Positions 34,470 through 44,643 are shown, counted from the stretch's first letter. The stretch is DNA of 64,000 bases from an uncultured Enterobacteriaceae bacterium (GCA_964552535.1 CAZKHE010000002.1:10711-74710); one strand, 5' to 3'. Notes: a model not told the origin generated them from the letters alone. Translations and numbers: made by a program.

Positions 34470-35375
34470 ATGCCGCCGACTGGTCTTCGCGCTCCCGATC
34501 TGCGTCGCACGGCGCTCTTCGGTCCCGGTGCCGATGCTGTCGCACACGCGGCGATGCTCGCATGCAGCGCGGACATGCTCATCGTCGACCTGGAGGACTT
34601 CACGCCCCCGGAACGACGCGACGAGGCGCGCCGCGCCCTGCCGTCGCTGCTGCAGCGCTGCCGCGATGCGGGCAAGGTTGCCGCGGTGCGCATCAACCGC
34701 ATCGGCGAGGCACGTGACGGCGACGGCCGGCTCGATCTCGCCGCCGCGATGCACGCGCGGCCCGACGTCATCGCGTATCCGATGGCGTCTTGCGGCGACG
34801 AGATGGCCCGCCTCGATGCGCTCCTCGTCGAGCTGGAGCACGGCCTGGGCCTCGCAGCAGGCACCACCGAGCTGCTGCCCGTGTGCGAGACCGCGCTCGG
34901 CGTGGTCAACGTGCGCGGGATCGCCGCAGGCTCGGCGCGCGTGCACAGTGCGCTGCTCGGCGCCGAGGATCTGGCGAACGACCTGTGCGCGGAGCGACGG
35001 CCCGATGCCGTCGAGCTCGACTACGCGCGCCGCCGCTTCGTGCTCGAGTGCCGCGCCGCCGGCATCGAGCCGATCGATGCGCCGTACACCTTCAGCGACG
35101 CGGACGGTGCCGCGCGCGAAGCGGGGTACGCGAGGCGGCTGGGCTATCGCAGCAAGTCGCTGGTGCGGCCGGAGCACGCCGAGGCGTTGAACGCGGTGCT
35201 GACGCCGGGCGACGAGGAGGTGCGCCGCGCCGCGGCGATGATCGCGGCGTTCGAGGCGGCCCGCGCGCGCGGCGAAGAGCGCGCGCTCGTGGACGGATTG
35301 TGGGTGGAAGTGCCCACCTATCGCAATGCGCGGCGGCTGCTCGAACGGGCGCGGCGCCTCGGCGCCGGCGGCTAG
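34470..35375 (+). CDS. CitE/HpcH-family CoA ester lyase
   Basis: RRTALFGPG, IVDLEDFTPP, VCETALGV, GAEDLANDL, PIDAPY. Confidence 0.88.
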   Translation: MPPTGLRAPDLRRTALFGPGADAVAHAAMLACSADMLIVDLEDFTPPERRDEARRALPSLLQRCRDAGKVAAVRINRIGEARDGDGRLDLAAAMHARPDVIAYPMASCGDEMARLDALLVELEHGLGLAAGTTELLPVCETALGVVNVRGIAAGSARVHSALLGAEDLANDLCAERRPDAVELDYARRRFVLECRAAGIEPIDAPYTFSDADGAAREAGYARRLGYRSKSLVRPEHAEALNAVLTPGDEEVRRAAAMIAAFEAARARGEERALVDGLWVEVPTYRNARRLLERARRLGAGG

Positions 35376-35447
35376 GGTCGCGCGCTCCCCGCGATCGCGG
35401 GAGCGCATCTTGCAGCGTTCCGGCGCATCCAACGCCCGGAGTACGCC

Positions 35448-35651
35448 ATGACGCCGCTGCACGCCCACATTCCGCCGACGCCGGATCTGCCCGAACCGAC
35501 GCCCGGCGACCCGCCCCATCGTCCGGGCGACCTGCCCGGCCCCGAGATCGATCCCGTGCCCGACGACACACCGGAGCTTCCGGACACGCGACCGCCCACC
35601 GAGGTGCCGCCGATGCCGCCGCCGGAGGTGCCGTCGCCCGGGCCGTACTGA
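35448..35651 (+). CDS. Small Pro-rich acidic protein (67 aa)
   Basis: SD GGAG; 26 of 67 residues are Pro. Confidence 0.6.
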   Translation: MTPLHAHIPPTPDLPEPTPGDPPHRPGDLPGPEIDPVPDDTPELPDTRPPTEVPPMPPPEVPSPGPY

Positions 35652-35655
35652 GGCG

Positions 35656-36738
35656 TCAGTCGAACCGGTAGCCGATCTGGATGCGGCCCCAGCGGTGCGC
35701 GGTGAGCGAATCCGACTGCGACTCGATTTCCTGGGAGCGCCACAGCATCGCGTAGCCGAGCATCCAGCGCTCGCCGGCCCAGGCGATCCCGACTTCGCTC
35801 TCGACGACGAACGGCTCGGCGTCCAGCGTGCGCGGGCTGTCGTTGAACCAGCCGCCTTCGATGGTCGCGTTGTGCGCAACGTAGCGGGCTTCGATGCGCG
35901 CGTACGCGAAGAGCTCGGTGGCGTGCTCGGGAGCCCACGCCGAGGCGCCCGCACCTGCCGCGAGGCCGCGTCCGGGCGCGTTCATCCAGGTGCCGGTGAA
36001 GGGGGCGTTGAATCGCCCCACGCGCACCGTCGCCCCGGCGCCCGCGGTCACGAAGACATTGCCGAGCTGTCCACGCACGTAGGGGGCCGCATCCGCCCAG
36101 CTTCCGAACACCCATCGCCCGGGCGAGTACTCGGCGCTCAGCTGCAGCGTCGGCTCGTTGCGGATCTGCTGGCTCCAGCCCTGCGGCTCCGACGAGCCCA
36201 CCCAGCCGTGCACGGCGCGCTGCAATTCCTCGGCACCGGAGCATGGGCCGATGCAGCCGACGTCGAGGGCGAGCCGCAGGTAGCGACCGCCGTTGCCCTC
36301 GCTCCAGAAGGTATCGCGGGATGCGCCGAGATAGAGATAGCCGGCATACGGCCGCTCGGCGGGCGGCAATGCCGCCGGGGGCAGGTCGATGTCCGAGGGC
36401 GTGTAGATGTGCTGACCAAGCCGCAGCCCGTACACGTGGCGCTGCAGGCTGGTCGTGCCGTCGTCGCGCCGCACCGTGTGCGTGTCCGGGGAGGCGTAGC
36501 GCAGCGTGAAGCGCACGCCGTTGCTGTACGAACCGTCGTCCCGGGAGAAGCCGAAGGCGTCGTTGTCCCACTCCATCCCGAGCGTGGGGCGACCGGCCTC
36601 GAGCGCGCGGCGCAGATCGTCGGCAAGGTTTGCCTCGGCGCGCGCCGTTGCTGCGCTGGCGACCGTGCACGCAAGTGCCAGCGCGCACAGGCCCTTTCCA
36701 GACGGCCATGGCGATCGGAAGAGGGACGTGCAGCGCAT
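35656..36738 (-). CDS. Lipid A deacylase LpxR-family (DUF2219) outer-membrane protein
   Basis: EWDNDAF, DGSYSNG, GQHIYTP, RPYAGYL, GWSQQIRNE, terminal YRFD. Confidence 0.85.
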   Translation of the reverse strand: MRCTSLFRSPWPSGKGLCALALACTVASAATARAEANLADDLRRALEAGRPTLGMEWDNDAFGFSRDDGSYSNGVRFTLRYASPDTHTVRRDDGTTSLQRHVYGLRLGQHIYTPSDIDLPPAALPPAERPYAGYLYLGASRDTFWSEGNGGRYLRLALDVGCIGPCSGAEELQRAVHGWVGSSEPQGWSQQIRNEPTLQLSAEYSPGRWVFGSWADAAPYVRGQLGNVFVTAGAGATVRVGRFNAPFTGTWMNAPGRGLAAGAGASAWAPEHATELFAYARIEARYVAHNATIEGGWFNDSPRTLDAEPFVVESEVGIAWAGERWMLGYAMLWRSQEIESQSDSLTAHRWGRIQIGYRFD

Positions 36739-36957
36739 GATCGCGCCCCAGGCAGGTTTCAGGCCAGTCGTCGCACGGCGCCTTCAGCGGTTCTGCCGCT
36801 TCCCCACCTGGCGTCCGGCGCTCGCTTTCATGACGATCTCCGGTGATCCACGAATGCTAATCGCCGGATCCGCGAGGCGCGTGTCGAAGCGCTGCAGAGG
36901 TGCCGTGAGCGGCGCAAACCCGCTACACTCCGCGCGCTTCACGCATCGGAGACGCAA

Positions 36958-37827
36958 TTGGACCAGCAAGTCAGTTTCCAGTCCGGAGGCCTGCGGCTCG
37001 CCGGAACGCTCACGCTTCCCGCGGGCATGCGCGCCGGCGAGCGCCGCGCGGCGATGCTCTCGCTCCACGGCTTCGGCAGCAACCGCAACGGCGGCGTGGC
37101 CGAGGCCGCGGCGAAGTTCTTCGCCTCGCTGGGCTACGTGGTGCTGCGCTTCGACATGCGCGGCTGCGGCGAGAGCGAAGGCCAGCGCGGGCGCGTGATT
37201 TGCCTCGAGCAGGTGGAGGACACCCGCAATGCGGTCTCGTTTCTCGCGGGGCGTCAGGAGGTCGATGCCACACGCATCGGCGTGTTCGGCCACAGCTTCG
37301 GCGCGGCCGTGGCGATCTACGCGGCCGGCGTGGACGAGCGCCTCGCCGCCTGCGTGTCCTCGGGCGGCTGGGGCGACGGCGAGAAGAAGTTCCGCCGGCA
37401 GCACGCCTCCGATGCCGCGTGGAAGAAGTTCACCGACATGATGGCCGAGGGGCGCCGGCGGCTGGCGAAAGGCGAATCGATGATGGTGCCCCGTTACGAC
37501 ATCGTGCCGATTCCGCCGGGGCTGCGCGGCAACCTCGCGCCCGGCTCCATCACGGAGTTTCCGTTCGAGGTGGTGGAGAGCATGTACGCCTTCCGCGCGA
37601 TCGACGTGGTCGCGAAGATCGCACCGCGCCCGCTGCTGCTCCTGCATCCGTCGCAGGATTCGGTCACGCCGACCGAGCAGTCCGTCGATCTCTTCATGGC
37701 GGCCGGGCAGCCGACCGACCTGCATCTCGTCGCGAACACCGACCACTTCATCATGTCGGAGGACAACCCGCTCGTCCTCAACCTGGTGCGCGACTGGATG
37801 GCCCGCTACCTGCCCGTCTCGCAATGA
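36958..37827 (+). CDS. Alpha/beta hydrolase
   Basis: TTG start with GGAG; LHGFGS, RFDMRGCGES, GHSFG nucleophile elbow, NTDH. Confidence 0.9.
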   Translation: MDQQVSFQSGGLRLAGTLTLPAGMRAGERRAAMLSLHGFGSNRNGGVAEAAAKFFASLGYVVLRFDMRGCGESEGQRGRVICLEQVEDTRNAVSFLAGRQEVDATRIGVFGHSFGAAVAIYAAGVDERLAACVSSGGWGDGEKKFRRQHASDAAWKKFTDMMAEGRRRLAKGESMMVPRYDIVPIPPGLRGNLAPGSITEFPFEVVESMYAFRAIDVVAKIAPRPLLLLHPSQDSVTPTEQSVDLFMAAGQPTDLHLVANTDHFIMSEDNPLVLNLVRDWMARYLPVSQ

Positions 37828-38885
37828 CCGCGGCGCCCGCAAGACCGCAGCCGGTCGTGGTGGCGGGCGCGGCGCTGCACGCGTTCATCGCCGCGGTCTT
37901 CGCGAAGCTCGGCTTCGCCGACGGCCACGCGCGCGAGCTGGCGGACGTGCTCGCGTGGGCGAACCTGCGCGGCATCGACACTCACGGGGTGGTGCGTGTG
38001 CCGCGCTACGTCGAGATGATCCGCGCCGGCGACATGAATCCCGCCCCCGCGATGCGGCTCGCGCTCGACCTGCCTGCGATGGCGCTCCTCGATGCGGACC
38101 GCGCGGCGGGGCCGGTGGCGATGACGCGCGCCGCACGGCTCGCGGCCGATCGCGCGCGCACGGCCGGCGTGGCGCTGGTCATGGTGCGGGCGACGACGCA
38201 CACCGGTCCGCTCGGCTACTACACGTCGCTCGCCGCGAAATCCGGGCTCGCGGCAATCGCCATGTCCGCGTCGGGCCCGAACATGGCCTATCACGGCGCC
38301 CGCGCGGCGGGGGTGGCCACGAACCCGCTTTCCATCGCCGTGCCCGGTCCCGACGCGACGCCGCTGGTGCTCGACATGGCGACCAGCGTGATCTCGCTCG
38401 GACGCATCATGAGCGCGCGCCGCCTCGGCGAGACGCTGCCCGCGGGGGTCGCACTCGATCGCGACGGCCATCCGGCCATCGACCCGAAGGTCGCGGAGGT
38501 CCCGCTGCCGCTCGGCGGCCCCAAGGGCTCCGGGCTCTCGCTGATGATCGAGTGCCTGGCGAGCGTCGCCAGCGGAAACGCGCTCATCGTCGAGGCGCTC
38601 GAAGGCACCGCCGCCGGCCGCCGCCATCGGCAGAACGGCCTCGTCATCGCCGTCGACGTCGCGAAGCTCGGCCCCGTGGAGACTTTCCGCGAGGAGGTGC
38701 GGCGCCTCGCGCGCGACGTGAAGGCGCTGCCCGTCGACCCGGCGATCGGGGAGATCCTGATGCCCGGCGAGCGTGGGGATCGTGTATTCATGCAGCGCGG
38801 CCGCGACGGCATCCCGATCCCGAAGCCCGTCCACGCCGAGCTCGCGTCGCTTGCCGCCTCGCTCGGCGTCGCGCTGCCCGCATGA
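37824..38885 (+). CDS. Ldh_2-family oxidoreductase (malate/lactate/ureidoglycolate dehydrogenase family)
   Basis: ANLRGIDTHGVVR, TTHTG, ATNPLSIA, LDMATS, GGPKGSGL, MPGERG. Confidence 0.92.
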   Translation: MTAAPARPQPVVVAGAALHAFIAAVFAKLGFADGHARELADVLAWANLRGIDTHGVVRVPRYVEMIRAGDMNPAPAMRLALDLPAMALLDADRAAGPVAMTRAARLAADRARTAGVALVMVRATTHTGPLGYYTSLAAKSGLAAIAMSASGPNMAYHGARAAGVATNPLSIAVPGPDATPLVLDMATSVISLGRIMSARRLGETLPAGVALDRDGHPAIDPKVAEVPLPLGGPKGSGLSLMIECLASVASGNALIVEALEGTAAGRRHRQNGLVIAVDVAKLGPVETFREEVRRLARDVKALPVDPAIGEILMPGERGDRVFMQRGRDGIPIPKPVHAELASLAASLGVALPA

Positions 38886-38912
38886 GATATCCCTAGCACC
38901 AGGAGGAAGACC

Positions 38913-39875
38913 ATGAAGCATTGGCTGTCCGCACTCTGCACCGGTGCCGCCATCGCGCTTGCCGCGCCCGCGGCATTCGCGCAGGAGTACCCCAACCGTC
39001 CGATCAAGCTCGTCGTGCCGTTCCCGCCGGGGGGCACGCTCGATGCGACGGGGCGCCTCGTCGCGCAGAAGCTCCAGGAGTCGCTCGGCCAGCCGGTGAT
39101 CGTCGAGAACCGCGGCGGTGCCGCGGGGACGATCGGCTCGGACTACGTGGCGAAGAGCGAGCCCGACGGCTACACGCTGCTCATCAACTCGACGCCGTTC
39201 GTGACCACCCCGCACCTGCAGAAGCTGCCGTACGACGTGAAGAAGGACTTCGTCGGCGTCGCGCAGGTCGCGCAGATCGAGTACGTGCTCGCGGCAAGCC
39301 CGAAGCTCGGCGTCAACAGCATGAAGGAGCTGGTCGATCTCGCGCGCAAGGAGCCCGGGAAGCTGAACTACTCCAGCGCCGGCAACGGCTCGGGACAGCA
39401 CCTGTTCATGGAGCTGGTGAAGAGCGCGGCGAAGATCGACGTGGTGCACGTGCCCTACAAGGGCAACGGCCCGGCGCTGCAGGCCTTCCTCGCCGGCGAG
39501 GTGCAGCTCATCTTCGACACCACCGCCGGCATCCTGCCGCACATCGCCGCCGGCCGCGCGAAGCCGCTGCTGGTCACCGGCGACAAGGCGCTGGAGGCAT
39601 TGCCCGGCGTCCCCGCGCTCGACGTGACGTATCCCGGCCTCGGCATCGGCGCTTGGCATGGCGTGTTCGCGCCGGCGCGCACGCCGAAGCCCGTCGTGGA
39701 CAAGCTCGCGGAGGCGATCCGCGCCGGCGTGAACACGCCGGACATGGGGAAGCGCATCCGCGACCTCGGCTTCACGCCCACCGGCGTCACCAGCGACAAG
39801 TTCAATCCGATCTTCCAGCGCGACGTGGACGCGTGGGGCAAGGTCATCCGCGAGAACAACGTGAAGGGAGACTAG
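38913..39875 (+). CDS. Bug/TctC substrate-binding protein
   Basis: YPNRPIKLVVPFPPGGTLD, HVPYKGNGPAL. Confidence 0.95.
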   Translation: MKHWLSALCTGAAIALAAPAAFAQEYPNRPIKLVVPFPPGGTLDATGRLVAQKLQESLGQPVIVENRGGAAGTIGSDYVAKSEPDGYTLLINSTPFVTTPHLQKLPYDVKKDFVGVAQVAQIEYVLAASPKLGVNSMKELVDLARKEPGKLNYSSAGNGSGQHLFMELVKSAAKIDVVHVPYKGNGPALQAFLAGEVQLIFDTTAGILPHIAAGRAKPLLVTGDKALEALPGVPALDVTYPGLGIGAWHGVFAPARTPKPVVDKLAEAIRAGVNTPDMGKRIRDLGFTPTGVTSDKFNPIFQRDVDAWGKVIRENNVKGD

Positions 39876-39879
39876 CGTC

Positions 39880-41283
39880 ATGGCGCAACAGGAAGCGGAC
39901 CTCGTCGTCGCCGGCATCGACTGGCTCGTCACGGTCGATCCGCAGCGGCGCGTGATCCGCGACGCCGCGATCGCGGTGAAGGACGGCAGGTTCGCCGCGG
40001 TCGGCAAGACGGCGGCGATCGACGCGGCGTGGCGCGCGCAGCGACGCGTCGAGGCGCCCGGGACCGTCGGCACCCCGGGGTTCATCGACAACCACCTGCA
40101 CGCGTCCTTCCAGATGGCGCGCGGTCTGGCCGACGAGGCGAACGCGCAGTCGTTCCTGTTCGAGCACATGTACCCGTTCGAGGGAGCGAACACCGCCGAG
40201 GACGTGTACGTGAGCTCGCAGCTCGCCGCGCTCGAGCTGCTGCGCCACGGCGTGACCTGCTTCGTCGACCCGGGCAACTACCACCCGGACGCCACCGTGC
40301 GCGCGGTGATGGCCACGGGCATGCGCATGATCATGGCGACGAGCTGCTTCGACAAGACGAAGTCGGTCATGGGGCTCCTGCCGGAGAGCATGATCGAGAC
40401 CACGAAGCAGTGCCTCGACAAGACCGAGGCGCTCTTCGAGCAGTACTCCGGGAAGCATCCCGGCAAGCTCACGGTGAGCGCGTCGTTCCGCGGCCTGAAC
40501 AACTCCTCGGACGAGCTCATCACCGGGCTGAAATCGATCGCCGACCGCCACGGTGCGCTGCTGCAGACGCACGCGTGCTTCTCGTACCAGACGCGCGACT
40601 CGAGCATCCAGGGCTACGGCAAGCCCGAGATCGAGCGGCTCGAATCGCTGGGCGTGCTCGACGAGCGGACGCTGCTCGTTCACACCGGCTGGCTCGAGCC
40701 GCACGAGCTCGCGATCCTCGCGCAGCGCAAGCCGACGCTCGTCTGCAGCCCGAGCTCGTCGCTGCACAACGGCTACGGCTATCTCGGCGTCGGCCTGCAT
40801 CCGGAGCTGATGGCGCTCGGCGTGAACGTCAGCCTCGGCTCCGACCACGCCTGCTCGGGCGTGGTGGACATCGTGCAGGAGATGCGCATGTGCGCCTGCG
40901 GCTACAAGGAGGCGCGCGCCAATCCGCGCGTCATGCCGCCGGAGCAGGCGATCGAGATGGCGACGCTCAACGGCGCGAAGGGCGTGGGCATGCTCGACCG
41001 GCTGGGCTCGATCGAGGTCGGCAAGGAGGCGGACTTCGTGCTCTTCGACGCCACCGTGCCCGAGTGGCAGCCGCTCTACAACCCGGTGTCGAACCTCGTG
41101 TACGGGGCGACCGGCAACACGGTGAAGGACGTGTACGTCGGCGGCGAGCAGGTGCTGCGCGACGGCCGCCTCGCCCGGGTGGACCAGGACGAGATCCTGC
41201 GCGAGGTGAGGAAGACCACCGAGCGCATCGCCGCGCGGCTCGACATGAAGAAGATCGTCAAGCTGCGCTGGCCGGTGGAGTAG
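39880..41283 (+). CDS. Amidohydrolase superfamily protein (deaminase/chlorohydrolase-like)
   Basis: PGFIDNHLH, QTHAC, LLVH, LGSD, GSIEVGKEAD. Confidence 0.9.
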   Translation: MAQQEADLVVAGIDWLVTVDPQRRVIRDAAIAVKDGRFAAVGKTAAIDAAWRAQRRVEAPGTVGTPGFIDNHLHASFQMARGLADEANAQSFLFEHMYPFEGANTAEDVYVSSQLAALELLRHGVTCFVDPGNYHPDATVRAVMATGMRMIMATSCFDKTKSVMGLLPESMIETTKQCLDKTEALFEQYSGKHPGKLTVSASFRGLNNSSDELITGLKSIADRHGALLQTHACFSYQTRDSSIQGYGKPEIERLESLGVLDERTLLVHTGWLEPHELAILAQRKPTLVCSPSSSLHNGYGYLGVGLHPELMALGVNVSLGSDHACSGVVDIVQEMRMCACGYKEARANPRVMPPEQAIEMATLNGAKGVGMLDRLGSIEVGKEADFVLFDATVPEWQPLYNPVSNLVYGATGNTVKDVYVGGEQVLRDGRLARVDQDEILREVRKTTERIAARLDMKKIVKLRWPVE

Positions 41284-41284
41284 G

Positions 41285-42895
41285 TCAGCTCACGCGGCCG
41301 TCGGGCGCACGCCGCAGCACCGTCCCGGGCGTTGCACCGGTGTGCGCGGCGTTCTCCACCACCGGGACGCCGTTCACGATCACCGTGGTGCGCGCGCCGC
41401 TCGGGTAGCGGTGCGGCTGCTCGTACGTCGCGAGGTCCAGGAAGTCCGCGGGATCGAAGATCGTCACATCCGCGCGCTGGCCGGGGGCGAGCGTGCCGCG
41501 GTCGGCGAGATGCAGCGCCTGCGCCGTCGCGCCGGTCATCTTGTGGATGGCGAGGGCGAGCGGCACGAGCTTCTCTTGGTTCACGTAGCGGCCGAGGACG
41601 CGCGGGAAGGTGCCGTAGAAGCGCGGGTGCGGCATGCCCTGGCTCACGATGCCGTAGGTCGCGACGCAGTTGCCGTCCGAGCCGACCAGCGCGATCGGCG
41701 AGCGGATCAGCGCGCGCACGTCGTCCTCGGCGATCGAAGTGACCAGCACGCGGGTCGCGCCCTTGTCGTCGCGCAGGTAGTCGCACAGCGTATCGATGGG
41801 GTCCTGACCGCGCTCGGCGGCGAGCGACGCGATCGTCCGGCCCGCGTACTGCGGCAGGTTCGGCGAGATGGAAATGCGCACCGCGTCCCAGTCGGGAATG
41901 CGGCCCCAGTTGTTGAGGCCGTGCGCGGCGATGTCGGCGCGGAGCCGCGCGCGCGTCTCGGGCAGCGGCAGTCGCGCGAGCATGGCGTCCACGCCGCCCG
42001 CCTGCACCCACTGGGGCAGGATGTTCTTCAGCGGATTGCTGCCGGCGGTGTAGGGATAGGCGTCGCAGTCCACGGCCACGCCGCGCGCGCGGGCCGCCTC
42101 GATCATCGCCAGCGCCTGCGAGACCTTGCCCCAGTTGTCGGTCCCCGAGCACTTGAAGTGCACGACCTGCACGTGCACGCCGCAAGCCTCGCCGACTTCG
42201 ATCGCCTCGGCGAGCGAGTCCAGCACGCCGTTCGACTCGTCGCGCAAGTGGGTGAAGTAGAGGCCGTTGTGGCGGGCGAGCACGCGCGCGAGCGCATGGA
42301 TCTCCTCGCGTTCCGCGTACGAACCCGGCGACGTGAAGAGCCCGGTGGAGAGGCCGAGCGCGCCGGCGCGCAGCCCCTCCTGGAGCAGCGCCTCCATCTG
42401 CTCGAGCTCCGCCGGCGTGGGCGCGCGCTGCTCCATGCCCATCACCATGAGACGCAGCGTGTTGTGCCCGACCAGCATGCCGGCGTTGACCGAGGTCGCC
42501 GGGAAGGTGTCGAGGTACTGCGGAAAGGACATCTCCCGGAACGGCAGCCAGGGCGCGCTTGGCGAGAGGTAGTCGCGCAGCAGCTCGACCTTGCCCGGGA
42601 GGCACGGCGCTACGGAGAACCCGCAGTGGCCGATGATCTCCGTCGTCACGCCCTGCCGCACCTTGCTCTCCGCCTTGGGGTTGATCGGGAGCGTGAAGTC
42701 CGAGTGCGTCTTGATGTCGATGAAGCCGGGCGCAACCGCCAGCCCGGTCGCATCGATGTCGCGTGCCGTGGCGCCGGTCAGGGACGGCCCGAGGGCGGCG
42801 ATGCGACCGCCGGCGATCGCGACGTCGGCGAGGATCGATTCGCGGCCGGTGCCGTCGTACACTCGGCCATTGCGGATGACGAGGTCGTAGTCCAT
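41285..42895 (-). CDS. N-acyl-D-amino-acid deacylase family protein
   Basis: APGFIDIKTHSD, QGVTTEIIGHCG, HLRDE, HFK, GSDG, HPRFYGTFPRVLG. Confidence 0.9.
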   Translation of the reverse strand: MDYDLVIRNGRVYDGTGRESILADVAIAGGRIAALGPSLTGATARDIDATGLAVAPGFIDIKTHSDFTLPINPKAESKVRQGVTTEIIGHCGFSVAPCLPGKVELLRDYLSPSAPWLPFREMSFPQYLDTFPATSVNAGMLVGHNTLRLMVMGMEQRAPTPAELEQMEALLQEGLRAGALGLSTGLFTSPGSYAEREEIHALARVLARHNGLYFTHLRDESNGVLDSLAEAIEVGEACGVHVQVVHFKCSGTDNWGKVSQALAMIEAARARGVAVDCDAYPYTAGSNPLKNILPQWVQAGGVDAMLARLPLPETRARLRADIAAHGLNNWGRIPDWDAVRISISPNLPQYAGRTIASLAAERGQDPIDTLCDYLRDDKGATRVLVTSIAEDDVRALIRSPIALVGSDGNCVATYGIVSQGMPHPRFYGTFPRVLGRYVNQEKLVPLALAIHKMTGATAQALHLADRGTLAPGQRADVTIFDPADFLDLATYEQPHRYPSGARTTVIVNGVPVVENAAHTGATPGTVLRRAPDGRVS

Positions 42896-42979
42896 GAGGG
42901 CGATGCGTGCTGAAGCGAAGCGCGCATGTTACCGCCCGCGACCTCGCCAAAGTCCACTGACTTGAACGCGAGGAAAGCC

Positions 42980-44188
42980 GTGAGCGAAGAATTCCTGGTC
43001 GGCGGGGTGCGCCTGCCGCGTCCTTTCCGGGTGCGCCGCCTGGGCCACTTCGGCCTCAACGTGACCGATCCGGAGGCGAGCTTCGATTTCTACTGCCGCC
43101 TGCTCGGCTTCCGCGTCTCGGATCCCATCGACTTCACCGGCCGCCTGCCGGAGGAGCAGATGGCGGCGCTCGGTCCCCGCGTCGGCTACTTCACCCGGCA
43201 CGGCACGGATCACCACTCGTTCGTGTTCTTCCCGAAGCGGGTGTACGAGGCGATCACCGGGGCGAAGAACCCGCACGTCATCGCGAACCAGGTGACCTGG
43301 CAGGTCGGGTCGCTGCGCGAGGTCGTGGACGGCCACGCGTGGTTCACGCGCCGCGACAAGCCGGTGCGGCGCTCGGGCCGCGACCTGCCCGGATCGAACT
43401 GGCATTTCTACCCGGCCGACCCGGAAGGCCACACCAACGAGCTGTACTACGGCATCGAGCAGATCGGCTGGGACGGCCTCTCCAAGCCGAAGGCGCTGCA
43501 CAAGATCCGCTACATGAAGCCGCCGGAGCTGCCGCACGTCTCCGAGTACGCCGAGGTGATGAGCGCGATCGCCGAGGGCATCGACCCGGCGAGCGGCCTG
43601 CGCCAGCGCGAGCTGGGCGAGGAGCGCCACGACGTCGGCGGCGTGCTGCTCGGGCGGCCATTCAAGGTCACCCGCATCGGGCCGGTGCGCCTGTTCGTGC
43701 AGGACACGGAGGCGATGGTGCGGTTTTATCGCGACGAGCTCGGCCTCGCGATCACCGAGGAGGTGGTCTGGAACGGCCACCGGTGCGTGTTCTTCCGCGC
43801 CAACACCGAGCACCACTCGCTCGCGCTTTATCCGATGGCCCTGCGCGCCGAGCTCGGCCTGCGCGCGGACTCGACGCTCATGTCCTTCGGCCTGCAGGTG
43901 GGCGACTACGGCCAGCTGCGCAACGCAGTGGACTTCCTGAAGGCGGCCGGCGTCACCATTCGCTACCTGCCGCCGGAGCTCTTCCCCGGCATCGACTACT
44001 GCGCGTTCGCCCTCGACCCGGACGGCAACGCGTTCCAGCTCTACTACTACATGGAGCAGGTGGGCTGGGACGGCCGGCCGCGCCCGGCGCACGAGCGGCC
44101 GAAGGTCGACAACGCGCGCTGGCCCGAGAGCGTCCCCGCCGCGAGCGACACCTTCCTCGGCGAGAACCTGCTCGGGCCGTGGGGATGA
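42980..44188 (+). CDS. Two-module VOC protein (extradiol dioxygenase/glyoxalase fold)
   Basis: GTG 42980; RRLGHFGLNV...DPEGHTNELYY and a second copy RIGPVRLFV...DPDGNAFQLYY. Confidence 0.85.
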   Translation: MSEEFLVGGVRLPRPFRVRRLGHFGLNVTDPEASFDFYCRLLGFRVSDPIDFTGRLPEEQMAALGPRVGYFTRHGTDHHSFVFFPKRVYEAITGAKNPHVIANQVTWQVGSLREVVDGHAWFTRRDKPVRRSGRDLPGSNWHFYPADPEGHTNELYYGIEQIGWDGLSKPKALHKIRYMKPPELPHVSEYAEVMSAIAEGIDPASGLRQRELGEERHDVGGVLLGRPFKVTRIGPVRLFVQDTEAMVRFYRDELGLAITEEVVWNGHRCVFFRANTEHHSLALYPMALRAELGLRADSTLMSFGLQVGDYGQLRNAVDFLKAAGVTIRYLPPELFPGIDYCAFALDPDGNAFQLYYYMEQVGWDGRPRPAHERPKVDNARWPESVPAASDTFLGENLLGPWG

Positions 44189-44214
44189 GCGCTCGCGCCG
44201 GCGCGTGACGCTTC

Positions 44215-44610
44215 GTGGCCGCGATCCTTCGCGGGAGCCTCGCCTACTTCGCACTGGTCTTCGGCGCGGGCTTCGCCTTCGGCGTGCTGCGCACGCTTTA
44301 TCTGGCACCGGCGCTGGGCGAGGATCGCGCGCAGCTCGTCGAGGCGCCGCTCATGCTCGTGGTGATCGTCCTGGCGGCGCGTTGGCTCGCGCGGCGCTGG
44401 CGCGGTTCGTCCGCCGGCCTTGTCGCAGTCGGCGTGCTCGCCGCGGCGTACGTGCTCGCCGCCGATGTCGCGGTGGGGGTGGGCCTGCGGGGTATGACCC
44501 TCGGCGCGGTGTTGTTCGGCAGATCCTGGCAGGCGGGCCTGGCGTACTACGGGCTGGTGCTCGCGTTCGCCGCACTGCCGCGGCTGCTCGCCTTCCGTAT
44601 CCGGGCGTAA
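44215..44610 (+). CDS. Membrane hypothetical protein
   Basis: YFALVFGAGFAFGVLR, AQLVEAPLM; 4 TM. Confidence 0.7.
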   Translation: MAAILRGSLAYFALVFGAGFAFGVLRTLYLAPALGEDRAQLVEAPLMLVVIVLAARWLARRWRGSSAGLVAVGVLAAAYVLAADVAVGVGLRGMTLGAVLFGRSWQAGLAYYGLVLAFAALPRLLAFRIRA

Positions 44611-44643
44611 TAAAGTAGGGGCAGGAGCGACCGGGGAGAAACG

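Noticed and set aside
44581-44643. MerR-family (CadR/PbrR/ZntR) operator before the CDF transporter
   Set aside because: No TTGAC -35 with a 19-bp spacer or dyad found
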